From positions 11,724 to 75,723 of IMG/VR virus record IMGVR_UViG_3300028563_000016: DNA of 64,000 nucleotides. One strand, written 5' to 3'. The DNA is from a virus. A model generated the notes under the pieces. That model was not told where the DNA came from. It saw nothing but the letters and a program-made list of their open reading frames with translations, and did not search any database. Positions 19,506 through 29,266 of the stretch are shown here, in pieces; within the stretch, counting starts at the first letter, position 1, and each line of letters starts with the position of its first letter. The translations under genes and the position numbers were made by a program.

Positions 19506-20236
19506 AATAACTCCTTTTGAACGCTTCCATAATCAATGTTCAAATCTTCTAACTTCTTCTTGTCATAAATCACAAGTTTCATTGTCGGATTTGAATTCCG
19601 AATGTGATCAAGTTTGTCACGTTGTTCCCAACTCCAAAACGCGCCCTTGACGTCGACGTGTTCGTTAGTAGACGGGAGAAAGAAGTCTGGATAGTAAGAG
19701 CGAGTTGCGCCATCGGGAGTTGTGTATGGAAACCTGCCTCGGTGAGCAACGTAGTCAATGTTATTTGCGTCGAAGTAACGAGCGACTGCGACTTCCCACG
19801 TGCCTTGAAGCTTCACTATCTCGCCGGATGGCTTTGTGTGAGCGTACCACTTGCACTTTCCGACGGGCACATTGTCGTACTTGCCGTCTAGCCAGGCTTG
19901 ACGACGTTGCTGAGCATGTTGTTCTCTAAAAATAGGATCATTTGCAAACTTTTCTTTTCGAGTTTTAGATTGTTTTGCGCGAGCATCAGGCTGTTTCATC
20001 CCATTTTTATCGCCGACATTAACTTCGTTTCGAATTAGTCCTTTACTAATATTTTCAGCCCATTCAGGATGTGTGGCTTTTGAACGATAAACTTTACCAC
20101 GTGCAGGATTATTTGTCGAAGCCCACACTTTATAACACATACGATTACAAAAACGACGTTCACGATGTTTGTAGCGTACAAATTCTTTTGTGCCACACAC
20201 TATGCATGTGACCTCGACTTCGGGATGTCTAGACAT
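19502..20236 (-). CDS. PD-(D/E)xK homing-endonuclease-like protein
   Basis: CIVC/FCNRMC finger; QGTWE...YYPDF...VDVKG. Confidence 0.75.
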   Translation of the reverse strand: MSRHPEVEVTCIVCGTKEFVRYKHRERRFCNRMCYKVWASTNNPARGKVYRSKATHPEWAENISKGLIRNEVNVGDKNGMKQPDARAKQSKTRKEKFANDPIFREQHAQQRRQAWLDGKYDNVPVGKCKWYAHTKPSGEIVKLQGTWEVAVARYFDANNIDYVAHRGRFPYTTPDGATRSYYPDFFLPSTNEHVDVKGAFWSWEQRDKLDHIRNSNPTMKLVIYDKKKLEDLNIDYGSVQKELL

Positions 20237-21191
20237 CACGTTTTCTATACGCCCTTCCAACCATTTTTTCCCAATCACGATGTTCAGGTGGTACCAATTC
20301 TAAATTTTTATCTCGTATAGCTTCCATCAACTTTGGTTTCATCCCAACGGCATTTGACATGAAAACCATCGCAGAGAGGTCTTTCGGGAAACAATGGCCG
20401 CGGCCTCCGGGAATGCCATTTTCACCAGGTACATTCATGTGTGTGCCACCAAGACGAGGATCAAGCTTTGCGTATTCAACGATTTTATCGTAATCAACGT
20501 TATATCCTAACTCATCAAGTTTATTTGCTATTTGCCACAGTTCACAACTCAATACAACACGAGCCATGAGTTGAATATTTGTGAAATACTTTACAAATTC
20601 AGCCGTTGAACTACTTGTCTTGATAATTGGTACGTTTGGAAATGCGGTTTGAAATAATTGTTTAACAACATTGATATAAGGACGAGGCCCACCGAGAATT
20701 ATGCGATTTTGATTTCGCATGTCGTCAACAGCGTTCTTTTCTGTTAAAAATTCAGGGCTGAAGCAAATTCGAAGTCCAGTATTTTCATACTTTTTATTCC
20801 ACTTTTCAGTACTTCCAGGAGGAATTGTACTTTTTACAACAACAATATGATTTCCTGGGATGACGGCGAATTCTTCAAGAACACTTTCAACAATTGAAAG
20901 ATCACATTCGCCGTCATCCCACATTGGCGTTGGAAGACAACAAAAATAAATTCCCGAAAACCCTTCCTTCGGTGAACAGCTCTCGACTAACTCTCGAATG
21001 TTTTCAACGTTTCTATAATCAGGAGCTCCTGAACAATCAGTAAAATATCGTATTTGTGCTTTTTCAGCACCCACGGCACACTTGCCTGCTTTGTCGTAGT
21101 TATAAACAGTCAGTCCACGCTCAACTAATACTTGAGCAAGTGAACCACCCACAAAGCCCGCACCTATCACTGCAACCGATGTCTTTGTCAT
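20229..21191 (-). CDS. UDP-glucose/GDP-mannose dehydrogenase family (short form)
   Basis: IGAGFVG, CLPTP, KSTIPPG, SPEFL, AEFVKY, GHCFPKD catalytic Cys; 320 aa, no C-terminal domain. Confidence 0.9.
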   Translation of the reverse strand: MTKTSVAVIGAGFVGGSLAQVLVERGLTVYNYDKAGKCAVGAEKAQIRYFTDCSGAPDYRNVENIRELVESCSPKEGFSGIYFCCLPTPMWDDGECDLSIVESVLEEFAVIPGNHIVVVKSTIPPGSTEKWNKKYENTGLRICFSPEFLTEKNAVDDMRNQNRIILGGPRPYINVVKQLFQTAFPNVPIIKTSSSTAEFVKYFTNIQLMARVVLSCELWQIANKLDELGYNVDYDKIVEYAKLDPRLGGTHMNVPGENGIPGGRGHCFPKDLSAMVFMSNAVGMKPKLMEAIRDKNLELVPPEHRDWEKMVGRAYRKRDV

Positions 21192-21224
21192 GTAGTAGAA
21201 TTTATGCTACACAAGAGCACGTGT

Positions 21225-21734
21225 TCACTTAATTGGCCACCACTCAGGAACTTTTGTTCTTGGCTCCCACGCAGCAAATTTTGCCTTTTCACCCACGTAG
21301 TAGTTTCTGTACGCTTGCACTGCATCATCGTGATTTCTGTACTTTTCCGGCATTGCTTGCGCAAAGGGCGAGTGATGCTTGAAGTTTCCGCATCGATAAA
21401 ATTCTTCACCCGCGAACTCTGACGCGCACTCGATGACGCGCTGCGACGCATGAACCCGCTTGTAGCGACGCGTGTACTCGTCACAGAGCTCGAGCGAGTG
21501 CTTCACAAGCCAGTCAAAGTTGTCAGACGTTGCCATGGCCCACCTGACGCATGGGTGATGCTTGTGCGTCGGTTTGTACAGACAACACGCGTATTCAGAA
21601 TAACGTATGGGATCCCGAAGGTGTATTGCAGTCGACAAGATTTGGGCGCTTTCGCAAACCATTTTCACAACGTGGCGATTGCACTGCATTTGTGCTGCTT
21701 CATGAGGATCTGACGACAAAATAAAAATGTTCAT
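21225..21734 (-). CDS. Pyrimidine-dimer DNA glycosylase (DenV-like) family protein
   Basis: MNIF, HVVKMVCESAQILST, YKPTHKHHPCVRW, EYTRRY, FAQAMPEKY, AYRNYY. Confidence 0.85.
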   Translation of the reverse strand: MNIFILSSDPHEAAQMQCNRHVVKMVCESAQILSTAIHLRDPIRYSEYACCLYKPTHKHHPCVRWAMATSDNFDWLVKHSLELCDEYTRRYKRVHASQRVIECASEFAGEEFYRCGNFKHHSPFAQAMPEKYRNHDDAVQAYRNYYVGEKAKFAAWEPRTKVPEWWPIK

Positions 21735-21810
21735 TTTTTAATTTTATCACGTTTTGCCGATATAATAAACTCGTAAATCACACAAATTACTATTGGCACG
21801 ACGTAGATCA

Positions 21811-21990
21811 TCACAGACCACAGTGTTCGCACTCAGTAATTAACCCATCGCCAGAACTTTGTGATAGAAAGTCTATCGTGATCTTTCTGAGAAGCTTGCT
21901 GACAGACGTGTCCTTTGCTTTTGCGATTGTGACTAATTTTTCATAGTGTTCATCTGATAAACGTAATGTAGCTGAACTTTCATAATTCAT
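21811..21990 (-). CDS. Ribbon-helix-helix (CopG/Arc-like) DNA-binding protein, 59 aa
   Basis: Not in ORF track; MNYESSATLRLSDEHYEKLVTIAKAKDTSVSKLLRKITIDFL...CEHCGL. Confidence 0.7.
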   Translation of the reverse strand: MNYESSATLRLSDEHYEKLVTIAKAKDTSVSKLLRKITIDFLSQSSGDGLITECEHCGL

Positions 21991-22157
21991 GATAATATCT
22001 CTTTCCCTCTACAACATGGGGATAATAACATTCTTACCCGTAGTTTTTCACTGTTTACAAAAAAAATAAAAGATACTAAATATACAACACTTTTGAAACT
22101 TGTCCCTCATACTTATAAAAAGATGCCAGAAATGGCAAGAAAGAAAGAAAAAATAAT

Positions 22158-22859
22158 ATGGCAACAGTACTAACACCCATGCCCGGACAAACAGTCGTGT
22201 CTTCAGACGATAATGACGATCGACGGAACCGTGGTTACGAACATCGCGAGAATTTCGACAAGCGAGAACACTGGATCGACCAGCAAATTCTTGACAACCG
22301 CAAGGCGATTTCGGCTGACAATACTGTCATTCAAACTAATCAGTTTGCAATCGAAGGTCGGTCTTTAGTCGAGGCTGCGAAGAATGCGGCTGCACAGAGT
22401 CTAGAAAGCGCGAAAAACGCTGCTGCTCAAATTTTAGAAAGTGCGAAAAACACTGCGGCTTTGGACGTTCAAGCCGAGAAAAATGCTGCTGCACTAGGCG
22501 TTCAGGCTGAAAAACTGTCAGCGTCGCGTGAAGTTCAAGCGGAAAAAATTGCGGCTGCGTCTCTTGTCAACAGCTTGACCCTGAATTCAGCAACTAACGT
22601 GCTTATTCAGACTAAGGCTGATGCGGCCACGTTGTTTGCTGCACAGAATGCTGCCTCTATCACCGCACAGATGGCGACTTGTTGTTGTGAACTGAAAGAA
22701 GCAATTCGCGATGACGGTGATCACACTCGAGACGACATTGATGACCTCGAAGAGAGAATCAATGCCATTGAAAGTTTGAGGAATGCCGTTGATCTCGTTG
22801 ATGCCAAGAACGAAATCACACTTTTGAAGACGAAGTTACCGACCGGTACTGTCGTCTAA
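22158..22859 (+). CDS. 11-residue-repeat coiled-coil protein with CCC motif
   Basis: AAKNAAAQSLE/SAKNAAAQILE/SAKNTAALDVQ/AEKNAAALGVQ...; QMATCCCELKE. Confidence 0.75.
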   Translation: MATVLTPMPGQTVVSSDDNDDRRNRGYEHRENFDKREHWIDQQILDNRKAISADNTVIQTNQFAIEGRSLVEAAKNAAAQSLESAKNAAAQILESAKNTAALDVQAEKNAAALGVQAEKLSASREVQAEKIAAASLVNSLTLNSATNVLIQTKADAATLFAAQNAASITAQMATCCCELKEAIRDDGDHTRDDIDDLEERINAIESLRNAVDLVDAKNEITLLKTKLPTGTVV

Positions 22860-22869
22860 ACTGACCCGT

Positions 22870-22938
22870 GTGACAGTGGGTTAACTGTCACTAAATAAGA
22901 ATGACAAAGCTCTTGCGAAAGTGAGAGCTTTGTGTTTT
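22870..22938 (+). terminator. Tandem hairpins; the second is a rho-independent terminator
   Basis: GTGACAGT/ACTGTCAC (22870-22891); ACAAAGCTCTTGC-GAAA-GTGAGAGCTTTGT (22904-22933) followed by GTTTTT. Confidence 0.75.
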
Positions 22939-22951
22939 TAATAGAACGACA

Positions 22952-23284
22952 ATGAAAAATAAACAAAAATACGAACCAAGCAAAACATACATTGAACTGT
23001 TGGCATTACGAAAAGAAATCGCCACAATAAAAAATGGACATAAATATCAAAAACAAATCGTCGTAAATAAAAATCCACATCCATGCACGAACGTCATGAT
23101 GAACATTGCGTACGAATTATCTCAACCACAAATTGATGAAACACCAACACAACACATTGAAGAAACTATGAGTTCTGTTTCACCAAATGCATTGCGATTT
23201 TTAACAAAAGATGAACTTGAAACATTGAAAAAAGAAGAAGTCGTGCAACAAGTCAAAAAACGTGGACGAAAACGAAAAGTTTAA
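22952..23284 (+). CDS. Hypothetical protein with basic C-terminus
   Basis: Ends KKRGRKRKV. Confidence 0.55.
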   Translation: MKNKQKYEPSKTYIELLALRKEIATIKNGHKYQKQIVVNKNPHPCTNVMMNIAYELSQPQIDETPTQHIEETMSSVSPNALRFLTKDELETLKKEEVVQQVKKRGRKRKV

Positions 23285-25287
23285 TCTTTCACGCATAGTG
23301 GTTCTTGTTTTGTTACACGAATACATGGCGTTTGAGAACCATCCCAATTTCGATGAAACACCCAACCACCAATTTGTTCAAGTTCTGAAGCGCGGCGTTT
23401 GATCATTTCATCAGTCACTTGTGACCACGAAACATCAAAAAACATGTTATGTTCAGCGTCATCGACGTAACTGTTGTTAGTAAGGACGTTCCAATGCCTG
23501 CTCCAGAAATCACGATATAGGCGAATTTTTCTCTCAATGTCAACCCATGAGTAATGAAACACTCCAGGTAATTCGTTCACGTAAGCATTGAACCACTGTT
23601 CGTATGCAGCTAATGCGTTCTTGTCGCCTTGCAATGCTTTTGCTTGTGCATGTCGTGCATCGTTTGGCACGGCAGTCACGAATGGAACGCGTAGACCGGT
23701 ATCTCTGAACACCATGTCACACCCGTCGCTGCCACCTTTGCAATAAAGGTTTCCTTCATCATCTGTTGCGCGTAATTCGAGAGGGATGCCATGTGTCACT
23801 GTGTGGCATTGATCGTTCATTGACAAGCGCCATTTTTCAGGCGGAATATCTACGCGCACTTTTCCATTTTTCACCGGGCCCCACCATTCTACGACCGGTA
23901 AAGAAATTCCATCAATTCCATTATTTTTCATGTACTCACATAATGGAAGAATTTTCTTTGCATCGTCTTCTGACACGACTTCGTCAACGTCCATCTGCCA
24001 ACAGTAATCACCTGTGCACATGTCACGAGCTTCTGCTTTTTGCATGCCATCGAAGAGTGCAGATTGCTTTGAGTTCCAGTCGCGTGGAATTATCTTGACA
24101 CGCACTTTACCACGTTTTACACCAAACCATTCGTCTGGAAATTCATACGGTTCACCCGTGTTTTTGCAATGTAGCATTGCCTCTGCGTATAATCCTAACG
24201 TAAAGTGACAATCACAATCTCCTGGATATGCGAGCCAAATTAATTCGTTTAATGTTGTGTCGGTTGAACCACCATCAACTACACACACTTCATCACAGAA
24301 TTGTAACATTGAACGAATGCACGCTTCGAAAGGATATTGTTGAGATATACAATTGTACGTTGTGCAATAACCAGAAATTGTTATGTTATTTGTTTCTATT
24401 TCACGAATGTTATCCCAAAATAATTGATGAGCATTTTGAAGATACGTTTCAATGTAATCAATACGTTCGTTAAACCAATGTTCATCCTTGTGTTGAACAA
24501 ACTTGTTCAAAACAAGTTCACAATTTAGCAATTTTCCTTCAATACAAAACCTCGGACATGTATCTGGTCCCGATGGAAGATATACGATACCTTTTGATTT
24601 TGACAATTTCTCCAATAGTTGATCATATGGCAAATTCCAAACAACTTCATATTTAATGTCATTTTTTTCGCAATATTGTTTTGCATTCTCAAAGCCTTTA
24701 ACCCAACTTTGAGAACCCAACACAATCCACGTATCACTTTTTGTGTTTTCTCTTAGTAATTTGATTTTGTCAAGAGTTTTCTGATCAAAGACTGATGACA
24801 ACACATCACTGTTTCGAGACAGCTGGGGAAAATTATCAAGATACACTTGTCTCTGTTTTTCTGACATGAACCATAGTTGTTTTGCATTTGAGAAGAAACT
24901 CGAAATTAATCTCCCGATGTCTTGAGTTGCACAGTCACATTTTCCAGTTTTTTCTATGTGAAGCTGTGGCAAACGATACAGACAAAATTTATAGTCAAAT
25001 TCACAAACAACATATTTCAAAAATTTCGAGATCACCGGTAACAGTTGTGGATTAATTGTCGAGAAATTTCCAAACACAAATATTTTGTTTATGTTGTTTT
25101 TTATGATTTGCTCAGTTATGTCACGAGCATGTAATTTAAAGTAAGCATATGGACACGAAGACATGATTGCCGCTAACGTTGCTTCTGCGCCACCAAAATA
25201 TTCATGTTCAAATAAATCTGATACAAACACGACACGTGTTTCTGGAGGGATCAGCATTGTCTGTTTTGACAAATCAATAAAGTTCAT
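23281..25287 (-). CDS. Fused GT-B plus GT2 glycosyltransferase
   Basis: N-half GGAE, SWVKG, DTCPRFCIEGKL; C-half ISGYCTTYN, VVDGGSTD, WQMDVDEVV. Confidence 0.85.
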   Translation of the reverse strand: MNFIDLSKQTMLIPPETRVVFVSDLFEHEYFGGAEATLAAIMSSCPYAYFKLHARDITEQIIKNNINKIFVFGNFSTINPQLLPVISKFLKYVVCEFDYKFCLYRLPQLHIEKTGKCDCATQDIGRLISSFFSNAKQLWFMSEKQRQVYLDNFPQLSRNSDVLSSVFDQKTLDKIKLLRENTKSDTWIVLGSQSWVKGFENAKQYCEKNDIKYEVVWNLPYDQLLEKLSKSKGIVYLPSGPDTCPRFCIEGKLLNCELVLNKFVQHKDEHWFNERIDYIETYLQNAHQLFWDNIREIETNNITISGYCTTYNCISQQYPFEACIRSMLQFCDEVCVVDGGSTDTTLNELIWLAYPGDCDCHFTLGLYAEAMLHCKNTGEPYEFPDEWFGVKRGKVRVKIIPRDWNSKQSALFDGMQKAEARDMCTGDYCWQMDVDEVVSEDDAKKILPLCEYMKNNGIDGISLPVVEWWGPVKNGKVRVDIPPEKWRLSMNDQCHTVTHGIPLELRATDDEGNLYCKGGSDGCDMVFRDTGLRVPFVTAVPNDARHAQAKALQGDKNALAAYEQWFNAYVNELPGVFHYSWVDIERKIRLYRDFWSRHWNVLTNNSYVDDAEHNMFFDVSWSQVTDEMIKRRASELEQIGGWVFHRNWDGSQTPCIRVTKQEPLCVKD

Positions 25288-25364
25288 AGAAAAAATTATA
25301 TTACAAGAAAAAAGAGACGTTCACAATCACTTTTTCTATACACGTTTCACGTAAACTATTATAA

Positions 25365-25444
25365 TAGCTAATAGCTAAACAAGAGCTAGCAAGAGCTACT
25401 GTTTAATAGAGCTAGCAAGAGCTACTGTTTAATAGAGCTAGCAA
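25365..25444. repeat. AGCTA-rich tandem repeat (26-nt unit x2.4) at the coding-strand switch
   Basis: AGAGCTAGCAAGAGCTACTGTTTAAT at 25382 and 25408, partial at 25434; seven AGCTA in 80 nt. Confidence 0.9.
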
Positions 25445-25486
25445 CGTTTTGTACATTTGCCATTATATTGATTAAACACGATTAAC

Positions 25487-26689
25487 ATGATTAAATTTGA
25501 TGTTGATATTCAAAAAACGATTCTCAAAATTTGTGATGAAATTTCACAATCATTAAAATTCGATAGATTTATTTTACTTGAACAAAATGATAGATTGCTT
25601 AAACAAACAAATTTACAACATATTTTTAATTTCAAGTTTGAATCTGAACTTGATCGTTTGATTTTTCAAACAATTATTACGTATGCGTTAAAAGCTGAAC
25701 AGTTCGCGCCATTTGGCTTTGTTCGAACAATTGATTATTTATTAACTAAATTTATTCATAATCGAAATATTATCGAAACTAACAACTCAATATCGAGTAA
25801 AGCTAAAAAATCTCATATTATTGACGTTATCAAGCATATTTCAAAATCAACATTTGTCACAGAAGTTGCGCTACGTGCTATTGAACTTGCAGGTCATTAT
25901 GGGAAAGTTTTGGTTGAAAAAACACAATCCGACGTAGTGTCAGTAGAGCTTGTTCGTGGTTACACTTTTAGTGTAATACCCTCTTGGAACATGAAATTAC
26001 TTCGTCTTGTGTCACCAAGAGTGATATGTATCGATGGTTTTATTGAGTCAGTTTCCGAAATTAATTCTTTATTAGAAAGTGCAGCAGAAAATAAAGAAAC
26101 AGTTTTATTATTTACGCGTGGAATATCAGAAGAAGTTAAACACACGTTAAAAGTGAATAATGATCGTGGAACATTAAACGTTTATTCGTATATCACTGAG
26201 ACTGATTTGAGTGGATTGAACACGCTTAAGGACATAGCGACTGTGTGTTGTGGCGACGTTGTGTCGTCATTTAAAGGTGAACTAATTAGCACGATATCGC
26301 TTGCAACGTTGCCAATTATTAATGAAGCGACGTTATATTCGAATAAAATTGTCATAAAAAATATGTGTTCAAACAATAACGTTAAACTTTTAGTGAAAGA
26401 ACTTAATGAAAAAAAGAAAGAAAAAGTCGACGATGTGGTTGAACTAATAAACAAGCGTATTAAAAGTTTGTCACCCAATCATGTAGTCATTAGACTTATT
26501 GATGATATTGATTTTGTGATAAATTCACAAAAAATTGATTACATTCTTCGTTCTATAAAATCTTTGATTGAACATGGTGTAACAATCATCGATAACAATA
26601 TTTTGTTGACTGCGACAGAATTGGCTGCACAAAAATGCGCAAATGAATGCTATCTTTATTTACAAGATTTAAGTTGTGTCATTCGTTAG
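25487..26689 (+). CDS. Divergent GroEL/Cpn60-like protein (apical and intermediate domains)
   Basis: VELVRGYTF...IDGFIESVSEINSLLE...EEVKHTLKVNNDRG...LKDIATVCCGDVVS...KRIKSL parallels the GroEL apical region; no GDGTTT. Confidence 0.65.
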   Translation: MIKFDVDIQKTILKICDEISQSLKFDRFILLEQNDRLLKQTNLQHIFNFKFESELDRLIFQTIITYALKAEQFAPFGFVRTIDYLLTKFIHNRNIIETNNSISSKAKKSHIIDVIKHISKSTFVTEVALRAIELAGHYGKVLVEKTQSDVVSVELVRGYTFSVIPSWNMKLLRLVSPRVICIDGFIESVSEINSLLESAAENKETVLLFTRGISEEVKHTLKVNNDRGTLNVYSYITETDLSGLNTLKDIATVCCGDVVSSFKGELISTISLATLPIINEATLYSNKIVIKNMCSNNNVKLLVKELNEKKKEKVDDVVELINKRIKSLSPNHVVIRLIDDIDFVINSQKIDYILRSIKSLIEHGVTIIDNNILLTATELAAQKCANECYLYLQDLSCVIR

Positions 26690-27635
26690 GTTCTTTTAAA
26701 ACATCCATGTCGGCGAGTGCTGCAATTAACCTTGCCGGATCTTTCACACCCAAGTCTTCTAACGCGGGTTTTACTTTGTTTAACACAACACGTTGTGTTT
26801 GATCGACTTGGCGTCCAGGTTTTATTTGTGGTTGTTGTGTTGGTGTCGTACCTGTTTCTTGAGATTCAACATCGTTTTTAGAACCTTGTTGCGATAATTT
26901 TTCTTCAGTAGAATTAGAAATTTCTTTTCCATGTTCAACTGCGTCTTCGGCTGCCGCAACTTTTGTGGTTATATCAGCAATGTTACTTAGTTGTTGCATG
27001 ACTTGTCGACAAATAATCCAAATATCACCCTTTGTCATTTTTGATATGCCGGTAACGAAGTCGTTAACAACAAATCCTTGCAAATATTTCTTTGTCCAAT
27101 TTGTTCCAAGTTTTTGAATTATTCCACTTTGTGGTTTAATTCCCTTTTGAACAATTGCTGTCAACGTATTTTTTCCATTTATTCCAATAATTTCTTCGAC
27201 AGTTTGATCATCGTCGCCACCCATTGCTGAAAGAAATTTGTACATTAACGTAAAAAATGAAAACAACATATTCGCAAAAGCTATCACGTCGACTAACGGA
27301 TTGTCTTTTTCTTTTTTAAAAAGTCCAATGATTTTGTCAAACAAATTTTTAGATCTGTCTTTACCACTAAAAATTTGTTGAAGTTCTGCTATTGCAGATT
27401 TTGTTGCAGTTCGAAACAAAATAAATGGATCAGTGACGTCGGTTGGCGAATGCATTGGCCATTTTATTGCATTTAGTCTTTCAATAAGAGCGATTGCATC
27501 ATTTGCTGTTGTTTGATCGAACACTTCACGTAGTAAAAGTGTCGTATTTGCGTTTCGTATCTTCTCTTGAAGAATTAATTTCTTGTCAATGACGCTAATA
27601 CGTGTTTTTAATTCACTGATTAGAAAACTATTCAT
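26679..27635 (-). CDS. Hypothetical protein (late-type promoter, possibly virion)
   Basis: 318-aa ORF; ATACTTAT 5 nt before ATG. Confidence 0.7.
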   Translation of the reverse strand: MNSFLISELKTRISVIDKKLILQEKIRNANTTLLLREVFDQTTANDAIALIERLNAIKWPMHSPTDVTDPFILFRTATKSAIAELQQIFSGKDRSKNLFDKIIGLFKKEKDNPLVDVIAFANMLFSFFTLMYKFLSAMGGDDDQTVEEIIGINGKNTLTAIVQKGIKPQSGIIQKLGTNWTKKYLQGFVVNDFVTGISKMTKGDIWIICRQVMQQLSNIADITTKVAAAEDAVEHGKEISNSTEEKLSQQGSKNDVESQETGTTPTQQPQIKPGRQVDQTQRVVLNKVKPALEDLGVKDPARLIAALADMDVLKEPNE

Positions 27636-27684
27636 AACACATAAGTATGGAGTGACTTACTATCAAAATATAGGAGTTTTCAAA

Positions 27685-27966
27685 GTGGACGAAAAAACTA
27701 CATTTCAAATTTTAACTTTCATAAAGAATTCACTCGAGGAAAAAATTGCCAATGCAGTAGGTGAAAATCAACTTTTGATCGATCAAAAACAGCTACCTGT
27801 GTTGTTTGCTACGTTGCAAAACGTTGTTGATGCATGCCAGATACCTGTTTCAAGAATGTTAAATGAAGCAAACAAAGCTTATCAAATAAAATTTAACGTT
27901 CCTTATGAGACGACTGAAGAATTTGCTAAAAATCTTTCAAAGAAGTTTTCACGAAAAGAAAAGTGA
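27685..27966 (+). CDS. Hypothetical protein
   Basis: AGGAG at 27672-27676 before GTG 27685. Confidence 0.6.
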   Translation: MDEKTTFQILTFIKNSLEEKIANAVGENQLLIDQKQLPVLFATLQNVVDACQIPVSRMLNEANKAYQIKFNVPYETTEEFAKNLSKKFSRKEK

Positions 27967-27967
27967 C

Positions 27968-28435
27968 ATGTCAAATGGAATGAAACATTTGGTGAAATGT
28001 AGGTGTACATTACCTCAATTCAAAAAGGCGTTTTCACCACCAAATCACCAATTTATTGTATTTTCCGTAATAGACGATAGCGATAATGTAATTCCAAAAA
28101 TTGTTGTTTGTAACAATTGTGGCGTAGTTCACAAAGTGATTGATATCACAAAGTCAGTCATTGTCAACGGGAAAGAAAATATTACAACGCTTGTAACCGC
28201 AGAAGAAATTGCGTGTGGGTTACCTGAAAAGCTTGTTTCAGTTCTTGAAGCAAATAACGTTGACATTCCAACGTGGGAAGCTGTCAAATTTACATTTGAC
28301 AATAAACAGTGGGGTAACATGGTCGTGTTGACGGGTGAAACAATAGACGATGAGAGAACAGGAAAATTTATTGTTCTATTGAGCGAGACAGCTTTTCGCG
28401 TTGAAAACTTCACTCGTAAAGAGGTTGCACAATGA
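27968..28435 (+). CDS. Hypothetical zinc-binding protein
   Basis: KHLVKCRC...CNNCGVVH. Confidence 0.7.
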   Translation: MSNGMKHLVKCRCTLPQFKKAFSPPNHQFIVFSVIDDSDNVIPKIVVCNNCGVVHKVIDITKSVIVNGKENITTLVTAEEIACGLPEKLVSVLEANNVDIPTWEAVKFTFDNKQWGNMVVLTGETIDDERTGKFIVLLSETAFRVENFTRKEVAQ

Positions 28436-28686
28436 TGTACGGCAAACTTAGTTCTGAAAAGTTTTCAGAAGAAAATGAACAGTGTAGGGAAATTCTTGGT
28501 GAAATTGTTAATTTTGGTGTGTCTGATAGACAAAAACTTTTCATAATTTATTTGCTCGCTCTGGAATTAGAAGACGTAGAAAAGATGCAAAACATCGCAT
28601 CTTTTATGAAAGAATTTTATGGTAGCGAAATTTTTCTAACTGAACACTATGAAAGCGAGAACGAAAATGGGACGTCAAGCACTTGA
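28432..28686 (+). CDS. Hypothetical protein
   Basis: ATGA coupling; GAGG upstream. Confidence 0.65.
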   Translation: MMYGKLSSEKFSEENEQCREILGEIVNFGVSDRQKLFIIYLLALELEDVEKMQNIASFMKEFYGSEIFLTEHYESENENGTSST

Positions 28687-29266
28687 GTGTACAAAGAATG
28701 CAACAACAAATAGTTCAGCGCTTGAGAGCATGCTTGTGCAGTCTCAGTCTCCGGACATGCGTGTCATAACGTTATACGGAGACGTTAATGAACAATCAAT
28801 TTCTACTACAATAGAAAAATTAATTTGGCTTGACAGTCAAAGTCACAAAGACATTCACCTCATAACTTCAACGTATGGAGGTGTAATACATGATATGATG
28901 GCTTTGTATGACACGTGCATGTTACTGAAGTCTCATGGAACTCAAGTTTGTACGGTTGGAATTGGAAAGATCATGAGCGCAGGTGTGTTAATTTTGGCTT
29001 GTGGTGCAAAAGGAAAGCGTCTCATTGGACGCACTACAACCGTAATGATGCACGGTGCAAGTAGTGGTACTGTGGGAAACGTGTTTGAAATGGTGAATGA
29101 AGTCACCGAAGCAAAAAGGATTAATGATCTGATGGTTGAATTGTTAGTTGAAAATACAAAGATGTCAAAGTCATACATTGAAGACATGTTCAGTAAAAAA
29201 CTTGACAAGTACATTGATGCAGAAAAAACAATTGAACTAGGAATTGCTGATAAAATCATTGGGTAA
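28667..29266 (+). CDS. clpP: ClpP-family serine protease
   Basis: STYGG, GKIMSAG (Ser), GAKGKR, MMH (His), LDKYIDAEKTIELGIADKI. Confidence 0.9.
   Translation: MGRQALECTKNATTNSSALESMLVQSQSPDMRVITLYGDVNEQSISTTIEKLIWLDSQSHKDIHLITSTYGGVIHDMMALYDTCMLLKSHGTQVCTVGIGKIMSAGVLILACGAKGKRLIGRTTTVMMHGASSGTVGNVFEMVNEVTEAKRINDLMVELLVENTKMSKSYIEDMFSKKLDKYIDAEKTIELGIADKIIG

Noticed and set aside
21188-21484. Alternate-frame and antisense ORFs in the track (this one, 12904-13278 and many 60-150 aa ORFs)
   Set aside because: They overlap well-supported genes and show no motifs or initiation signals.
25382-25444. 26-nt repeat as a mini-CRISPR array
   Set aside because: Units are directly adjacent with no spacers; no cas genes.
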